DNA of 64,000 nucleotides from the human T2T-CHM13v2.0 reference genome, Homo sapiens. Position 1 is the stretch's first letter; every line of letters starts with the position of its first letter. The notes beneath the pieces were generated by a model that saw only the letters and a list, made by a program, of their open reading frames with translations, had not been told where the DNA came from and did not search any database. The position numbers and the translations under genes are program-made. Shown one piece after another: positions 13,338-24,878 of the stretch. The stretch is from assembly GCF_009914755.1 (NCBI RefSeq), contig NC_060925.1. One strand, given 5' to 3'.

Positions 13338-14889
13338 TACAAATGATTCCTAGAGCTGTCCTCCTCCATTCCTGTGGCTATTCAAGAGCTTTGCTGTAAA
13401 ACTGGTATTTTAAATGTTGTGATTGGTTTGGAGGTGGGCTCTCACTCCCCCACCCCCAGCCCACCCCTGACCCCAGGGATGCCCATTATCCCAAGAAAGG
13501 GGTATGCCCCTATGAGGGATGCCCCTCTTTGTGAGAAATTATTAAGCAGACCTCCCATCCCACTTCCCTCTCCAAATTTGGGAATGAACCTTTGAGCCCA
13601 AGGCCTCTTCTTGCTCGGAGTAGAGAAGTTAGAAGGCTCTGAACCAAGGGCATACTTTGCAGGGTTTGCAAAAAGGTTACTGTGGACAAACTAGCAGAAG
13701 AGTTTTGTTTGGCTTGCTTAATGATTGAAACGTTAAGAAATTCCATCATCATCGTCACCCCAGACTTCTGAATTCACTGGAAAAGACCAATGACTTGGTA
13801 ATTGAACATGGGCTCCCACATGGTGGGAACTGGTGACTCTCTTTGTAAGGATATGTCCTCACCAGCTCAACCCTCCACTTCCTGTTCCCTGTCTGGCCCC
13901 TGAAAGCTTGTAAGTTTGAAGCCTCTGTATTAGCCTGTCCAAATGCCTTAAAAATCTTACTATTTAAGGTAAGAAATGACCCCACAAGTAGTGAGGCCAG
14001 GCTGTGCCTTTAAAGATGGCAGCAGTGGTTCACAGAAGGGACTTGCTTGGAGTCACAGGTTGGTCAGACACAGAACCTGGACTAGGGTCCAGATGTCCAC
14101 CACCCAGGCTGGCACTCTTTCCTCTGCCCTGACCTGTCTGTCTCTGGTTAAACTGTAGGCTACTATGACACGTGTTTTTCCTCTTTGTCTGATTCAGGGC
14201 CTCACATAGAAACTGGCACATGGAATGAATGAGTGACTGAAAGAATGATGTATGAGAAGGCTGTAATTAGCTCTCATTTCAATTAAGGTCAAGCAACATT
14301 TACTGAGTACTTGCCATGTGCCAAGTTCTGAGCAAGGCTTGAATGCCCAGTCCCCTGCTAAGGGGATCCAGGTACTCCCACAGCACATAGGCTCCAGGGA
14401 AAGAGATCCCACATCAGGGGCCAAGAAGGAGTTGAGGATATCAGCCACTCTCTCTGGGAAGCCAGCACTGCCTTTTGATTCCTTTGCTGCAAGTTACTTG
14501 CCTAGATCAGTTATCACCTCCGAGAATAGGTAATAATAGCAGAGAATCCTCAAGTCCTGAGCCACCTACCACCACCCCCTTCCCAAGCCTTCCCAACACC
14601 TGGCTCCCTGCACAGGGACATTAGAGCCTTTCCCTGGCCAAAGGAGCTGGAGGTAGTCCTTCACCTGGAGACTGCCAGACACCGGGAAAGCTCATTCTAA
14701 GTCAACTTCTATACTAAAGGTCTCCAATGTGGTGGTGTCTCCAATGGGGTGAAGCTCGGGGCAGGTGGACACAAGAGAAAAAAACCAAGCCATTTTAATA
14801 TTTATAATCTTTAAAAGAAATCAAATTTTTAATATACAGGTTGATAGGAATAATAGCATGTTATTAGATTTAGGCAATTTATTCAACAT

Positions 14890-15080
14890 TACTATGTCTA
14901 AGGTTCAAAGAGCTTTATATCTATTCACTCATTTAATCCTCTCCAATGAAAAAGGTATGATTATTATCCTCATTTTGCAGATGTGGAAACTGAGGCACAG
15001 AAGGTTAAATAGATTTCCCAGGTCACACAACTAGTGGGTGGTGAAACTGGGCTACAACCCAGCCAGTCTGGTTCTGAAGT
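14890..15080 (-). mobile_element. MIR SINE
   Basis: CATTTTGCAGATGTGGAAACTGAGGCACAGAAGGTTAAAT. Confidence 0.78.
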
Positions 15081-15142
15081 ATCACCTCTGTGGAACATGT
15101 ATGTAACTTGGGAACAAAAAAACATATATTGGAGGTATTAAG

Positions 15143-15166
15143 TTTTTTTTTTTTTTTTTTTTTTTT
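15143..15166. repeat. T24 homopolymer
   Basis: Directly visible. Confidence 0.95.
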
Positions 15167-16389
15167 AACCTGTTATGAGTTCATGATCTAAATAATTTGG
15201 AGACTCTTTCTTCAGGTCTTTATCCTAGTGGGCTCACCAGGGAAGTCACCACAGCTATATGTGTCCTTATTCTACATATCTGGCCATCTCTAGCCCTTCA
15301 CATCTGTTCTCTGTTACAGCTGTTCTGGATGCATTCTCTGCAATATGAGTCACCTCAAAACAAAAGGTGTTTCTAGGGCTTTGCTTTCCTTTGATCATAC
15401 ATCTTACTTGTTCTGGTAATAATTAGAATTTTAATGAGAAGGGGAGTAGGGGGAATCTAGAGAGCATAGAGTGCATTTAAATGTTCAGCCTGACAAATAA
15501 TTGAATTCGTAAATGAAAAGAGAGGTAGGAGAAGGGGGTGGGGCAGGACAATGAGGTTTTCCTTGGTGTGGTTGCTATTTAGATTGCCTCTCCATGTGAC
15601 CCCCAGCTGCTGTTCCCTCAGAGCTGTGATTAGGGGAGGCAGAGGGCATGGTTTTTTGGAATCAGCACCCAGCACTCAATACTGGTTATATGAGACCAGG
15701 AGGCCCGTCCTATGCCTGAAGAATCTTATTGCAGGACTAGAGGAGCCTGGGCTTTTGACATCTCACTGGCAGGCAGTGCAAGGAGAATTAGGTCTCAAAC
15801 ACTGAGTGGGTTTGTCTTCACAGGAGATGCAAGGTTGGTGAGCAAGGCTAGTAAGACCAGAAGCAGGCAGCAGGGAGGAGGTGACTGTAGAAGATTCAGC
15901 TCATTTAAAATCACTGTATGTGGCCTTGAACTCAGACATCCCTCATCTCCTAGTTTAAGTTACATTGAGATTAGAAAGGGCTGTAGGCTTCTGTACAGCC
16001 TAAGGGCTGCATAAAGGCCCAGATAACCTAAGCTGTATGCCTTCCCACTCTGGGCTTGCTGGGGCCAACCCACTGGGACATGTCCCCTAGGAAATCACAG
16101 GTGCACAAATAGCCTTCAAAACCCTTTTCCCATTCACATCTTGTTTGAACTTTGACCCCTTGAGGCAGCTAGAACTTTGATGGGCAACTCTGCCAGTTTC
16201 TGAGTCCTGATCCAGTGCTCTTCCAATTTACACCACACGTTCACTTCAGGAAAAGCTAGAAGTAAGCCTCCAGTAAGGGAGAGAGGGCTCAGCCCAGCAC
16301 TGAAAAAGAGAAAGTACCTCCTAGGTATTTGGATGCTTCTTCCCTGTCTTCTTCTTTACTTCTTCTTCAGCTTAGAGAGAAGGAAGCAT

Positions 16390-16610
16390 TGCCCTGAAGT
16401 CAGACTGGCCTCACTAACAGTCTACCTCTACTAGTTTTAAACTGTGACCTTGGCAAACTATGTAACACTTCTCAGCCTCAGTTTCCTCATCTATAAATTG
16501 GGGGTAATAATAGTATCTACCTTTAGGGTCATTGTGAGGTTTAAATGAGACCAAAACTGTTGAGGATAGTGCCTAAGATGTAATAAGCAATATAATAAAT
16601 ATCACCTATT
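16390..16610 (+). mobile_element. MIR SINE
   Basis: TGTGACCTTGGC...CCTCAGTTTCCTCATCTATAAA. Confidence 0.78.
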
Positions 16611-18308
16611 TTTATTAGAATTAGTTATGCCCAGCCCAATTTGAAACAGTCCTTAGTTTTGAAATTTGTTTAATGGGCAGAACACCTGAAAACCATTGAA
16701 CATTAATCAACAGAGATAGCTTTAACCTTGTCTTTACAAACCAAGAACAATCTTACTAGCAGAAATAATATAATGGTTTTGGACATAGCCAGGTCCGTCT
16801 GTATCTTGAGACGTAACACAAACTATGGTTCAGATCACACATCTCCAGGCTTTTCCTGCTAATACTCATTTGCTTGCTGCCTCCTCAGTTGTTTTGTTGT
16901 TACCATCACCAGCCAGCTGGTGAACAGGAATGAATTCCAAAGAAGTAAGAAGAAGATCATGGAAGAAAAACCTATAATTGAGAACATCCTATGTTCTTGA
17001 AAAATTTCTTGAAATTTGGGGAAAAGAAGCCTATTGCTCAATATTCATTGTAAAATGTTTTCATTCAGGCATCAGAGGAGCTCTAGTATTTCATGGGCAC
17101 CTGATTTGGTAAACCATAGTAGCCAACTCTCCAGCAGTCTCATGGGAGAGAAAACAGCTATGGAACTAGGCTTTGGGATCACACCCCAGTGACATAGCCT
17201 TGTACAGGGGCACATGGCTTCTAGCCCTGGCTGTGAAACTGAACTCACAGGTGCTCAGACACAGGATGGACATCTCAGGTGGGCGGCAGTGCCAGAATGA
17301 CCGACAGCACAGCATGTATCATCTTCATTGCTTTCTAATTGCGTGACCTTGAGCAAGTTATTTAACCTGTCCAAATCTTAGTTTTCTCTTTTATTTAGTC
17401 AGGATTCGAATTATTCCTACTTTGCAGAATCATTGTGAATATTAAATAAGCTAAGACTTTGAGCACAGGCCCTGGTACACAGTGAATGTCCCCAAAATGT
17501 AAGCTGCTGTTATTCTTCATGTTTTGTTTTTTGGTGGAGGATAACAGTTGACTGTGTATACAGAACAGACACAAAGCTAAGCTAAGTCTTTGAGGCAGGG
17601 AAGGGAGACTCCAGATCAGAGGACAAAGAATCTGAGGGACGTCAGGCCCCTCTTCTCTCCTGGGAAGTTGAGATCCCCTTCAAGGCCATCAGGATAGGAT
17701 CTGCTTGTCACCTTAAATGAGACTGTCTGGTTGGGGTGATGGCCCATGGTCTCCCTCCTCTTCCAGAAAATGCTGGGTTATTAAATAGCAGCTCAGGGCT
17801 TTCTTATCTTCCCCCACTGACACTTCTTTCTCCAAAGACAGCCCTAGTGCCCCCTCCCCTCTTCTCCACCCATAGTGTTAGAATTCATCAGCAATTCTTA
17901 TTGCTTGCTATTGTTCCCATTTTTCTAATGGGCTCCCACATCAGAAAAATCCATTTTGTAACAGTAACAGGCGTTCTTGCTAACAGATTGTAATTGAAGA
18001 GATAAACTGGGAAGAGGAAGCAAAAAGAAAGAACCATTTTCCCTACTCACCCCAAAGCCAGAGAAGGCTGGCTTCAGGGCCTGGAATTGGTGGTGGACCC
18101 TCAGAAACGGTCAGTGCTCAGGCTGGGGAGAGCAGGAGCTGCCTCGGCCAAGGAGCTCTCGTGCAGACACAGACAGAGACATAGACAAAGCACAGCCCAG
18201 AGGCCAGGGAGCAAGTGACGCAGAGGCCCAGGAGCTTGGAAGAAGAGCGTTTAGCCTGGGAAGAGAAGAGATTCTGGGCAGAACCACTCATAAAATACTA
18301 ATAATATC

Positions 18309-18310
18309 AT

Positions 18311-18341
<31 letters not shown>

Positions 18342-18343
18342 TT
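18309..18343. repeat. (ATTT)n microsatellite
   Basis: About 8 units. Confidence 0.95.
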
Positions 18344-18834
18344 AATACATAGTGAGCATTATGCCCTTTACATTATCTAATTTAACCTTTCTAGCCTCCC
18401 TAAGAAATTGGTATACACCCTTAAAGATAAAGAAACTAAGCATAGAGATGTTAACCAGGTAACTTGTTCAAGGGTACAGTGCATTAAGGAGAAGAGCTGG
18501 GATTTGAACCTAGGACTTGCTGATGCCCAAATCTGGGCTCTTGAATCACGTATCTGGGAGGACTACAGATTGAGCTGTGGAGTCCCAGGCTGGACAGAGA
18601 AGTTGGAGTGGGGGCAGGCATTTCTTAGTTGTACTCAGGAGAGGATGGGAGGGATACTCCCACTTTTTGGCCTGACCCTATGAACCTGGACAGAGCCCCA
18701 GAGACTCAGATTATGACCAGCCTGGTGACCACCTGCCCCATCTTCTTCCCTGGAAAGCTGACACTTCAGGTTGCCCACCAGCCACCAGGCAAGTAACCAG
18801 TGGCCTCTGGAAAAGGTGTACCTGAGGAATATCT

Positions 18835-18880
18835 GAGAGAGAGAGAGAGAGAGAGATTGTGTGTGTGTGTGTGTGTGTGT
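18835..18880. repeat. Compound (GA)n(TG)n microsatellite
   Basis: About 11 GA then about 11 TG units. Confidence 0.95.
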
Positions 18881-18914
18881 TGGGAGAACAGAGCTATTCT
18901 GTACTGAGGCTCAG

Positions 18915-19290
18915 ACGTGGCCCATTAATAATTAATAATAAGCTCTGCCAGGGCTTGTAAGTTTATTAGGAGAACCGGTGTAATTAAAATTCAGGGCTGG
19001 GGGGAGGGGAGCAGAGGGCTTTTGCTTCCTTTGCTTCTTTCAGAGATCCAGACTGAGCTACCAATGGGGATAATTAGCAGAGTCCAAACAGAGAAGGAAT
19101 TAATGCTCCTGAAAAAGCTGTGATGAGGAGAGACAATGCCAAGCTAATTACGGCCGCACCAAGCTTTATGACTGGGCGCTCACTTCCACCATCATTAGGG
19201 GATTCAGAGCTAAATCGGAGACTAATGTGGAGTGTTACAGCTAACAGAACATTGGCACTAATTTAACAATTATTAATATTATTAGTTTGG
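18915..19290. promoter_or_regulatory. Candidate intronic enhancer (homeodomain-motif cluster)
   Basis: Four TAATTA (18929, 18981, 19071, 19145), many further TAAT/ATTA, plus TGCCAA/TTGGCA, ACAAT and TTTATGA in non-repeat sequence. Confidence 0.5.
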
Positions 19291-22200
19291 TGGATGGTAA
19301 CTGTACCTTTCTGCTTGAGGGGTCAGGGCATGTGGCCCTTCTGAATGTGGGATCAAGGCTGGAGTGATGGAGGTGGAGGGCAGACAGCCAGAAATTCTTT
19401 TCCCTCTATGCTTCTCTCCCTGTTTGTACCTGCAACTAGTGAGAGGAGGGGTCTGCCTGGGTCCTCGGGGAGCAAGAAAGAGTTCAGTGCTCCTAGAAGA
19501 AAGAAGGGAGGGATGAGGTTGTGTCATTATACTTGGAGGGTCCAGATCTGGATGCCCCTGTTTATTTCTACTTTCAGAGACTCCTCTGATTTCAGTTCCT
19601 AAGTGTGACTCAGTCCTTAGAGGCTTCTTTTCCTAAGCAAGAATAGAAAGGGTGCCACCCAGTTTAGTCGGAACTTTGTCTTAGCATGCTTTCCCCACTC
19701 CAGACAACCCTATACAGACCATAAAGAAACCTGGTTTGATCCAGATGCCTCAATGCCACTCCTCACTATTTGCAGCCACATGTTATACCCCTAACTCTGT
19801 GGACAGGGAAGATAAACTTCAGACAGTTAGAAGAGAACATGTCTTTTGTACAGAGCTTAGAGGGATGACACATACTGAAACCACCATCCCTACTTGACGT
19901 TCTCATCAAAGTCAGAGGGAGAAGAAAACTTCTAGAACTATAAATCTAAGGGCTCTACAACTCTTAGATACTGGACCCTGCTTCTAGAACTCTAAAGCTC
20001 AAAACACACTAGTCAGAATATCATCTCCTTGGGTTCTAAAGGATTGTGCATTGTACCTTTCCTCAAAAAGGGCAAAATCTGCAGAATTCCATCCTTCCAG
20101 TGAGAAGGACAAACATCACATAAATTTCATGGCCACAAGTAAACTGGAGTTAACCACTCCCGGCTGCCAGCCTAAGAAAAACAGGGAAGCTTGAGGTCTC
20201 CTGTCAGGTTTCTGCATTTGCTGGAGCACTTCTGGACCTCTGCTTGCTACCTTAAGTCCAGAACCCATGCTGACCATACCTAAACCTCTGCAGCTTGGCT
20301 TATGGAAAAAGTTCATTCATTTCTACAAGGCAAATGACACAATGAAAGGTGGAGAACTGCTTATTAGTGTTCACTTGGGGTGTATTAAGGAGAATAGCAG
20401 GCCTATGGCTTCAGAGTTTTTAAAGAAAAAGGGGAAACTTGCTTTTAGTTTGGACAGTTTGTGTACAGGTGTTTCCAAGTCAGGGTCTGATTAACTGAGA
20501 CTTCCTGTGCAATTCCTAGCACAGACTCTAGCCTATAGAGGAGTCTCAGCAAATGACAGTGGAGTCTGAATCTCAGTCTCAGGGTGTTACTAGAAATCTG
20601 TAAGCTAGAGACTTAGAACAGGAAGAAGTCAAGGGAAAACATAAAATGGTAAACAGAGCTGGGCCTGCTCTAGCCACTTGCATTTTTCATAAAACTGCAA
20701 CAAATGAAAAGCTCTAGCATTGTGCTGGTTGGAGAATCTGGACCCAGAGAGCAGGCTGGGAGGCGGAACAGCTGGGGCCTGGTCCTGAACTCCATGGCAT
20801 CTCCCCAGACCCTCTGGTCACCTAAATTCTCAAAATCCCAAGGCCACTCTCAACCACTATCTTTCTCTTGCTATGATCAAAGGGTCTGCTCCTGCCTCCC
20901 CATATCCCTTTCAGCCTCTCAGCTTGGACCCTGGGCTTCCTGGGACTTGTGACTCAGCAGCCAAAGTTAAAGTTTTCCTGAGCTAACAACTAGAACTCAT
21001 CTTCTGATGCAGCCTGCAGGGAAGGCATAGTAATTCATCTGGGCCTGCCGACTCTCACCCCTCAGGCTTTTCTCACCCTCAACCTGGCCATCCAGGCACC
21101 TGTCATTCCAGATTATGGGTATCTCTGTGGAGTCAGAACACCTGTGCCTCCCCCTACCAAGATGTGCTGCACACATACAGCCCTGCCCCACTTCCAGCAA
21201 CTTCCACCGTCACCCCCAGCATTTCTGCCCTGAACAGACAGGAGAGTCAGCTTCCATCCCAGATGGAACTCCACAGGTATGTTCTCACCCTCTAGGCTCT
21301 GAGGGTCAGGACCAGCATTAAGGCTCCACTGGAGATGGATCATTGGTGGAAAAGACGGAAGGGAGCTGGGGAGTAGGGAGAGGCAGGAAGAGGCTCCCTG
21401 ATAGGGAAAATTCTGTGTCTGGTGTGTATGCGTGGTGTAGGAGGGGATGGCACCAGAGAACCAGAGTCTTATAATAATAACTTGTTAGGCCTAATGTGTT
21501 CTGCGAATCTCCAAGGCAGGGAATCAACTTCCCCAACCTCCATCTCTGTACCACCCTCTAAAAGTTCTTTATGTCTAACCTCAGTCCCTTCTGCTGCAGT
21601 GATCAAACCATTGACTAAACATTGCCACAACTAGGGACAGCAGCGCCTCCTACGACCCTCACAGGGCTCAGGTGGGCTCCGCTCACCCCAAGGCTGGATA
21701 CAGCCCCCTCACACACACAAGCCTCCCCTTGGCCCACCGCCCCCTCCCCCGAACTGCTCCTCACGGGTATCTACCTCTATATACGACCTTTAACCTCAAG
21801 TGAAAGAAAACAGGACCCTGGGACCTGCAGCCGCTGGGGAGTTTACCCCACCTGTACCTGCTCCCAGAACCGCCGGTCCCTGGCTTCTCGTCCCTGGAGC
21901 AGCGCGTGGGGACCAAATTCCCGCCTCTGGCAGCCCCTTTCTCCCCTTCCCGCGCCAGCGGTGCAGAGCCACTGAGCAACTCCCGAGTGCTCCTAGGCCC
22001 AGCGCTACTGGGGTCGGGGTGGGGGAATAAGGAGGGATGGAGCCTGCAGAGTCTCCTGGAACCCCGGCGTCCTGGTCCTTGCAGGATCTCCCCACCCCCA
22101 CTCCGCATTATCTCCAGGCCTCTCACTCCCCCAGCCCCTCCCCCATGGAGGGGACGCGACCCAGTACTCCCTCCCGCCCCGGACCCTCCAGATATCGGGA

Positions 22201-22405
22201 CAAAGAAGCCCCGCGGCAGCCGGCGAGCGTGGCTGCCGGGCACTGGTGCAGCAGGTAAATACCCTGGGCCGGCCGCCACGTCGCCGACCCTCCCGCAGCT
22301 CCCGCCGCCAGGGCGCGACACGCCATTCCCCCTGCCGCGACTCCCCGGAGACGCCGCAGCTGCGCGCCAGGGTCCAGCCCGGCGGGGATCGGGCTCGGGA
22401 CTCAC

Positions 22406-22565
22406 CCGCTCCGGCGAGCTCGACTCAGCTCGGGCTCCCGCCTCGGCTAGGCAGCCGCCTGGGGCTGCGTCCCGCGCAGGGTCAGCGCGGATCGGGCAGG
22501 AGGCGCCCTCTTGGCAAAGTCGGCTAGAGGCGCCAGCTCAGTCGCGCACCGGCCCCGAGTCCGAG
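22406..22565 (-). other. SYT6: Probable alternative non-coding first exon (1b) of SYT6
   Basis: Consensus donor CGG|GTGAGT at 22406/22405, TATAA at 22594-22590 and GC boxes at 22642-22672. No ATG in the exon. The 5' boundary is inferred from TATA spacing. Confidence 0.65.
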
Positions 22566-23249
22566 TCCGAGAGGGACGGAGGGAGCGAGTTATAGGGGCG
22601 AGAGGGGGTGGGGGAAGGACGCCGCAACACCCTCATACCCTCCCCCACCCCGCCCCCTGTCCCCCGCCCCCCAGCGGAGACGCGGAAAACCACTCGCAGC
22701 CGGAGAGACACCCGGACACAAAGACCTCGTGCCAGCCGCAGACCCAAGTTTCTCCCGGAGAGACTGGGGGTCCGCCCGCGTTCACCGCGAGAACACACAA
22801 ACGGACGGACAGACCGACGCACGGACCCGGGGACCTCGACACTCGCTAGGAGGCAAGCCCTATTCCTCAGCCGGGCGCCCCTCGTCTCCCGCTCTCTCCA
22901 TGGACCCCTCTCCTGGCAAATCGCCCGCAGAGCGAGCTTGGAGATGCGAGGGAAACTGAAGCCCCAAGGGTGCCCCGTCCTGGGAGCCTGGCTGTCTGCG
23001 GGGTCCCCCGCATTCCGCAGTAGTAATACAGGAGGGCCGGGGGCTTCTACCCCAACCTCCGCTCCCCTTCGGGTCTCTCCTGGCTGTGCAAGCGATGGGC
23101 CAGAGGGCTGGACGAGGCTGGCTCCCAATCCAGAATCCCGAGCTGGGGAGTTCTCTCTAGGTTCTGGGGCTCCTGGGACCGGGGCTTTGGGGAAGGGAGA
23201 TCGCAGGACGGATATCCAGGAAGGGAGGGGGCCCTGGGTCTCCCGTTAC

Positions 23250-23412
23250 CTGCGCCTGCCGCGCTGGGACTCCGCTCTGGGGGCTGCAGCTCGAAGCTCC
23301 GACAAGTCTCCACGTCCAGCCCGAGAGGGGGCGGCCGGGCCCGGCACAGCGAGGCGAGGACCGCGAGCGCCTCCTGGCACCGAGGCCCGCCGGCCCCCCA
23401 CACTCCGCTCAT
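23250..23412 (-). CDS. SYT6: SYT6 coding exon 1 (codons 1-55; luminal N-terminus with Cys12/Cys23/Cys37)
   Basis: Translates [55 protein letters not shown], which I recognise as the SYT6 N-terminus. An in-frame TAG lies two codons upstream (TAG GGC ATG). Donor CAG|GTAACG at 23250/23249; 163 nt, phase 1 matches exon 2. Confidence 0.95.
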
Positions 23413-23530
23413 GCCCTAGACACCCAGGCTTGCCGAGCAGCAGCTCGAACCCGCGCCCCGGCCGCACTGGGGCGGGGCACGACGGCCCCAAGAAGACCCT
23501 CCCTGCAGCGGCCCCCTGCGGCTCCGCTCT

Positions 23531-23571
23531 GCTTTTAATCACTTCCCCGCAGGGTCCCCGCCCCTCACGTG
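23531..23571 (-). promoter_or_regulatory. Core promoter candidate for exon 1a: TATA-like GATTAAAAG, GC box, E-box CACGTG
   Basis: GATTAAAAGC at 23540-23531, GGGGCGGGG at 23564-23556 and CACGTG at 23566-23571, 120-160 nt upstream of the ATG. Confidence 0.5.
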
Positions 23572-24085
23572 GCATCCCGCGGCAGCTGGCGAGTCTGGCG
23601 CCTCGCGGCCGCCCCCTCTACACTCAGGGACTGGCCTGAGTCCGGGGGGTGGGGGTTTCGAGGCGGGAAGCCGGGCTGTCCCGAATCTCGGAGGGTGCAA
23701 GGCCAGGAAAGAGTCCGGGTTCCCACTCCGCATTCACTGCCTGGTGTGACCTTGGGCGTCTCTGAGCCTCAATTTTCCTCTCCGTAAAGGAGGTGTAATG
23801 ATTTTAAGTACTTCACGGACTCCCTGGGGATAGAAAGATCGTGTTTGTGAAAACACTGGGTAAACTGCCACATGCCACACGAATGACAGAGAAATAGATA
23901 ACCCCGTAACAGAAAGAGCGACGGTCAGGCAGGGTCTGGGAGGACCTTGGCCGAGGTTCCTGACGGGAGCAGTTAGACTGGCCCCCGAGTCCCAGCTTCG
24001 GAGGTAGAAGACCCCAAGACAGGCGGGCGATGCGAACTGCAAGACTTTCCGAGCTCCGCAATCCTGCGGTCCGCGGTACCCGCAT

Positions 24086-24131
24086 GTTGCTATGGCGACG
24101 GGAGGCAGCGGCCGTCTCTCTCCATGGCAAC
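24086..24131. promoter_or_regulatory. Tandem RFX X-box motifs
   Basis: 24086-24099 reverse-complements to GTCGCC-AT-AGCAAC, a full match to GTNRCC-N2-RGYAAC. 24118-24131 is CTCTCC-AT-GGCAAC, with one perfect half. Confidence 0.7.
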
Positions 24132-24848
24132 GGGAGGGAAAAGTTTCTGGCAAACAGGAATGGGGGGTCATTTCAAGAGGGCGCAGGGCGCTCAGTTCCG
24201 CCGACCCACCTCCTTGCTTCGGTGAAACAGCACCAGAGATCATGTATCTTTCTGCTAAGCATAACAAGAAAGACAGAAAGCTCAACGGGAGGATTGAGGC
24301 TAGACTTAAAGTAGAGATCCCCTCAGAAACTGTGGAGTGAGGCCCAGGAACAGATCGGCTGAGAGGCTTCGAGCTGCCTCACTCAGCGCTGGAAGTCTGT
24401 GAGCCATGGTCAGGGAGGCCGGGGGACCAGCGCCCTGCAGGGGCCTATCTCGGGAGTCTCTTGATCTACACCTGTCGGCGGTGGGGCCCCTTCTGTGTGG
24501 GGCTCGCCTGAAGCCCCAGACTCAGGTCCATTTGCTCTCCCGGAGCTGGGAAGGAAGCTTTAGCTGCAGCCCCTGGAGGCTGCTGGGTTGGTGTATGCCC
24601 GAGTGGCTGGCGAGGGAGAAAGGTCTTGCCTCTTAATTAACACGCTTATTGGAAGTGACTCGGGCAGTGACTCACGTTCCGGAGGGAGGAGATTCGGAGC
24701 CTTAGCTCCTGGCGGTCTCCACTGCGCGCCATCTGTGCCAACCGGCCCTTGGACTTGCGATCCCCTAGCAGCTGGTGCCTGGGGCACCAAGGGCTAAGGC
24801 AAGGCCTGTGAGGACCCTGGCCCAGCCAGGCGGCTTTTCCACCGTGAG

Positions 24849-24862
24849 GCGCCCCCTGGCTC
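24849..24862 (-). promoter_or_regulatory. CTCF-like core motif overlapping the RE1
   Basis: GAGCCAGGGGGCGC versus CCASYAGRKGGCRS (11/14; 3' part perfect). Confidence 0.45.
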
Positions 24863-24878
24863 TGTCCACGGTGCTGAA
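24858..24878 (-). promoter_or_regulatory. RE1/NRSE (REST-binding site)
   Basis: Minus strand reads TTCAGCACCGTGGACAGAGCC versus consensus TTCAGCACCnnGGACAGcgCC; both half-sites intact with the canonical 2-nt spacer. Confidence 0.85.

Larger units (their letters stand above)
21850..24260. promoter_or_regulatory. SYT6: CpG island / SYT6 promoter region
   Basis: Very high GC and CpG density spanning both first exons, with a weaker shoulder to ~25060. Boundaries judged by eye. Confidence 0.9.

Noticed and set aside
22250-22260. Plus-strand donor-like CAG|GTAAAT suggesting an antisense exon
   Set aside because: A single motif with no supporting acceptor or promoter evidence.
22608-23639. 343-aa plus-strand ORF and other long ORFs across the CpG island (21761-23787)
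   Set aside because: Non-ATG starts and Pro/Arg/Gly/Ala-rich composition are expected from stop-poor GC-rich DNA; no recognisable domain.
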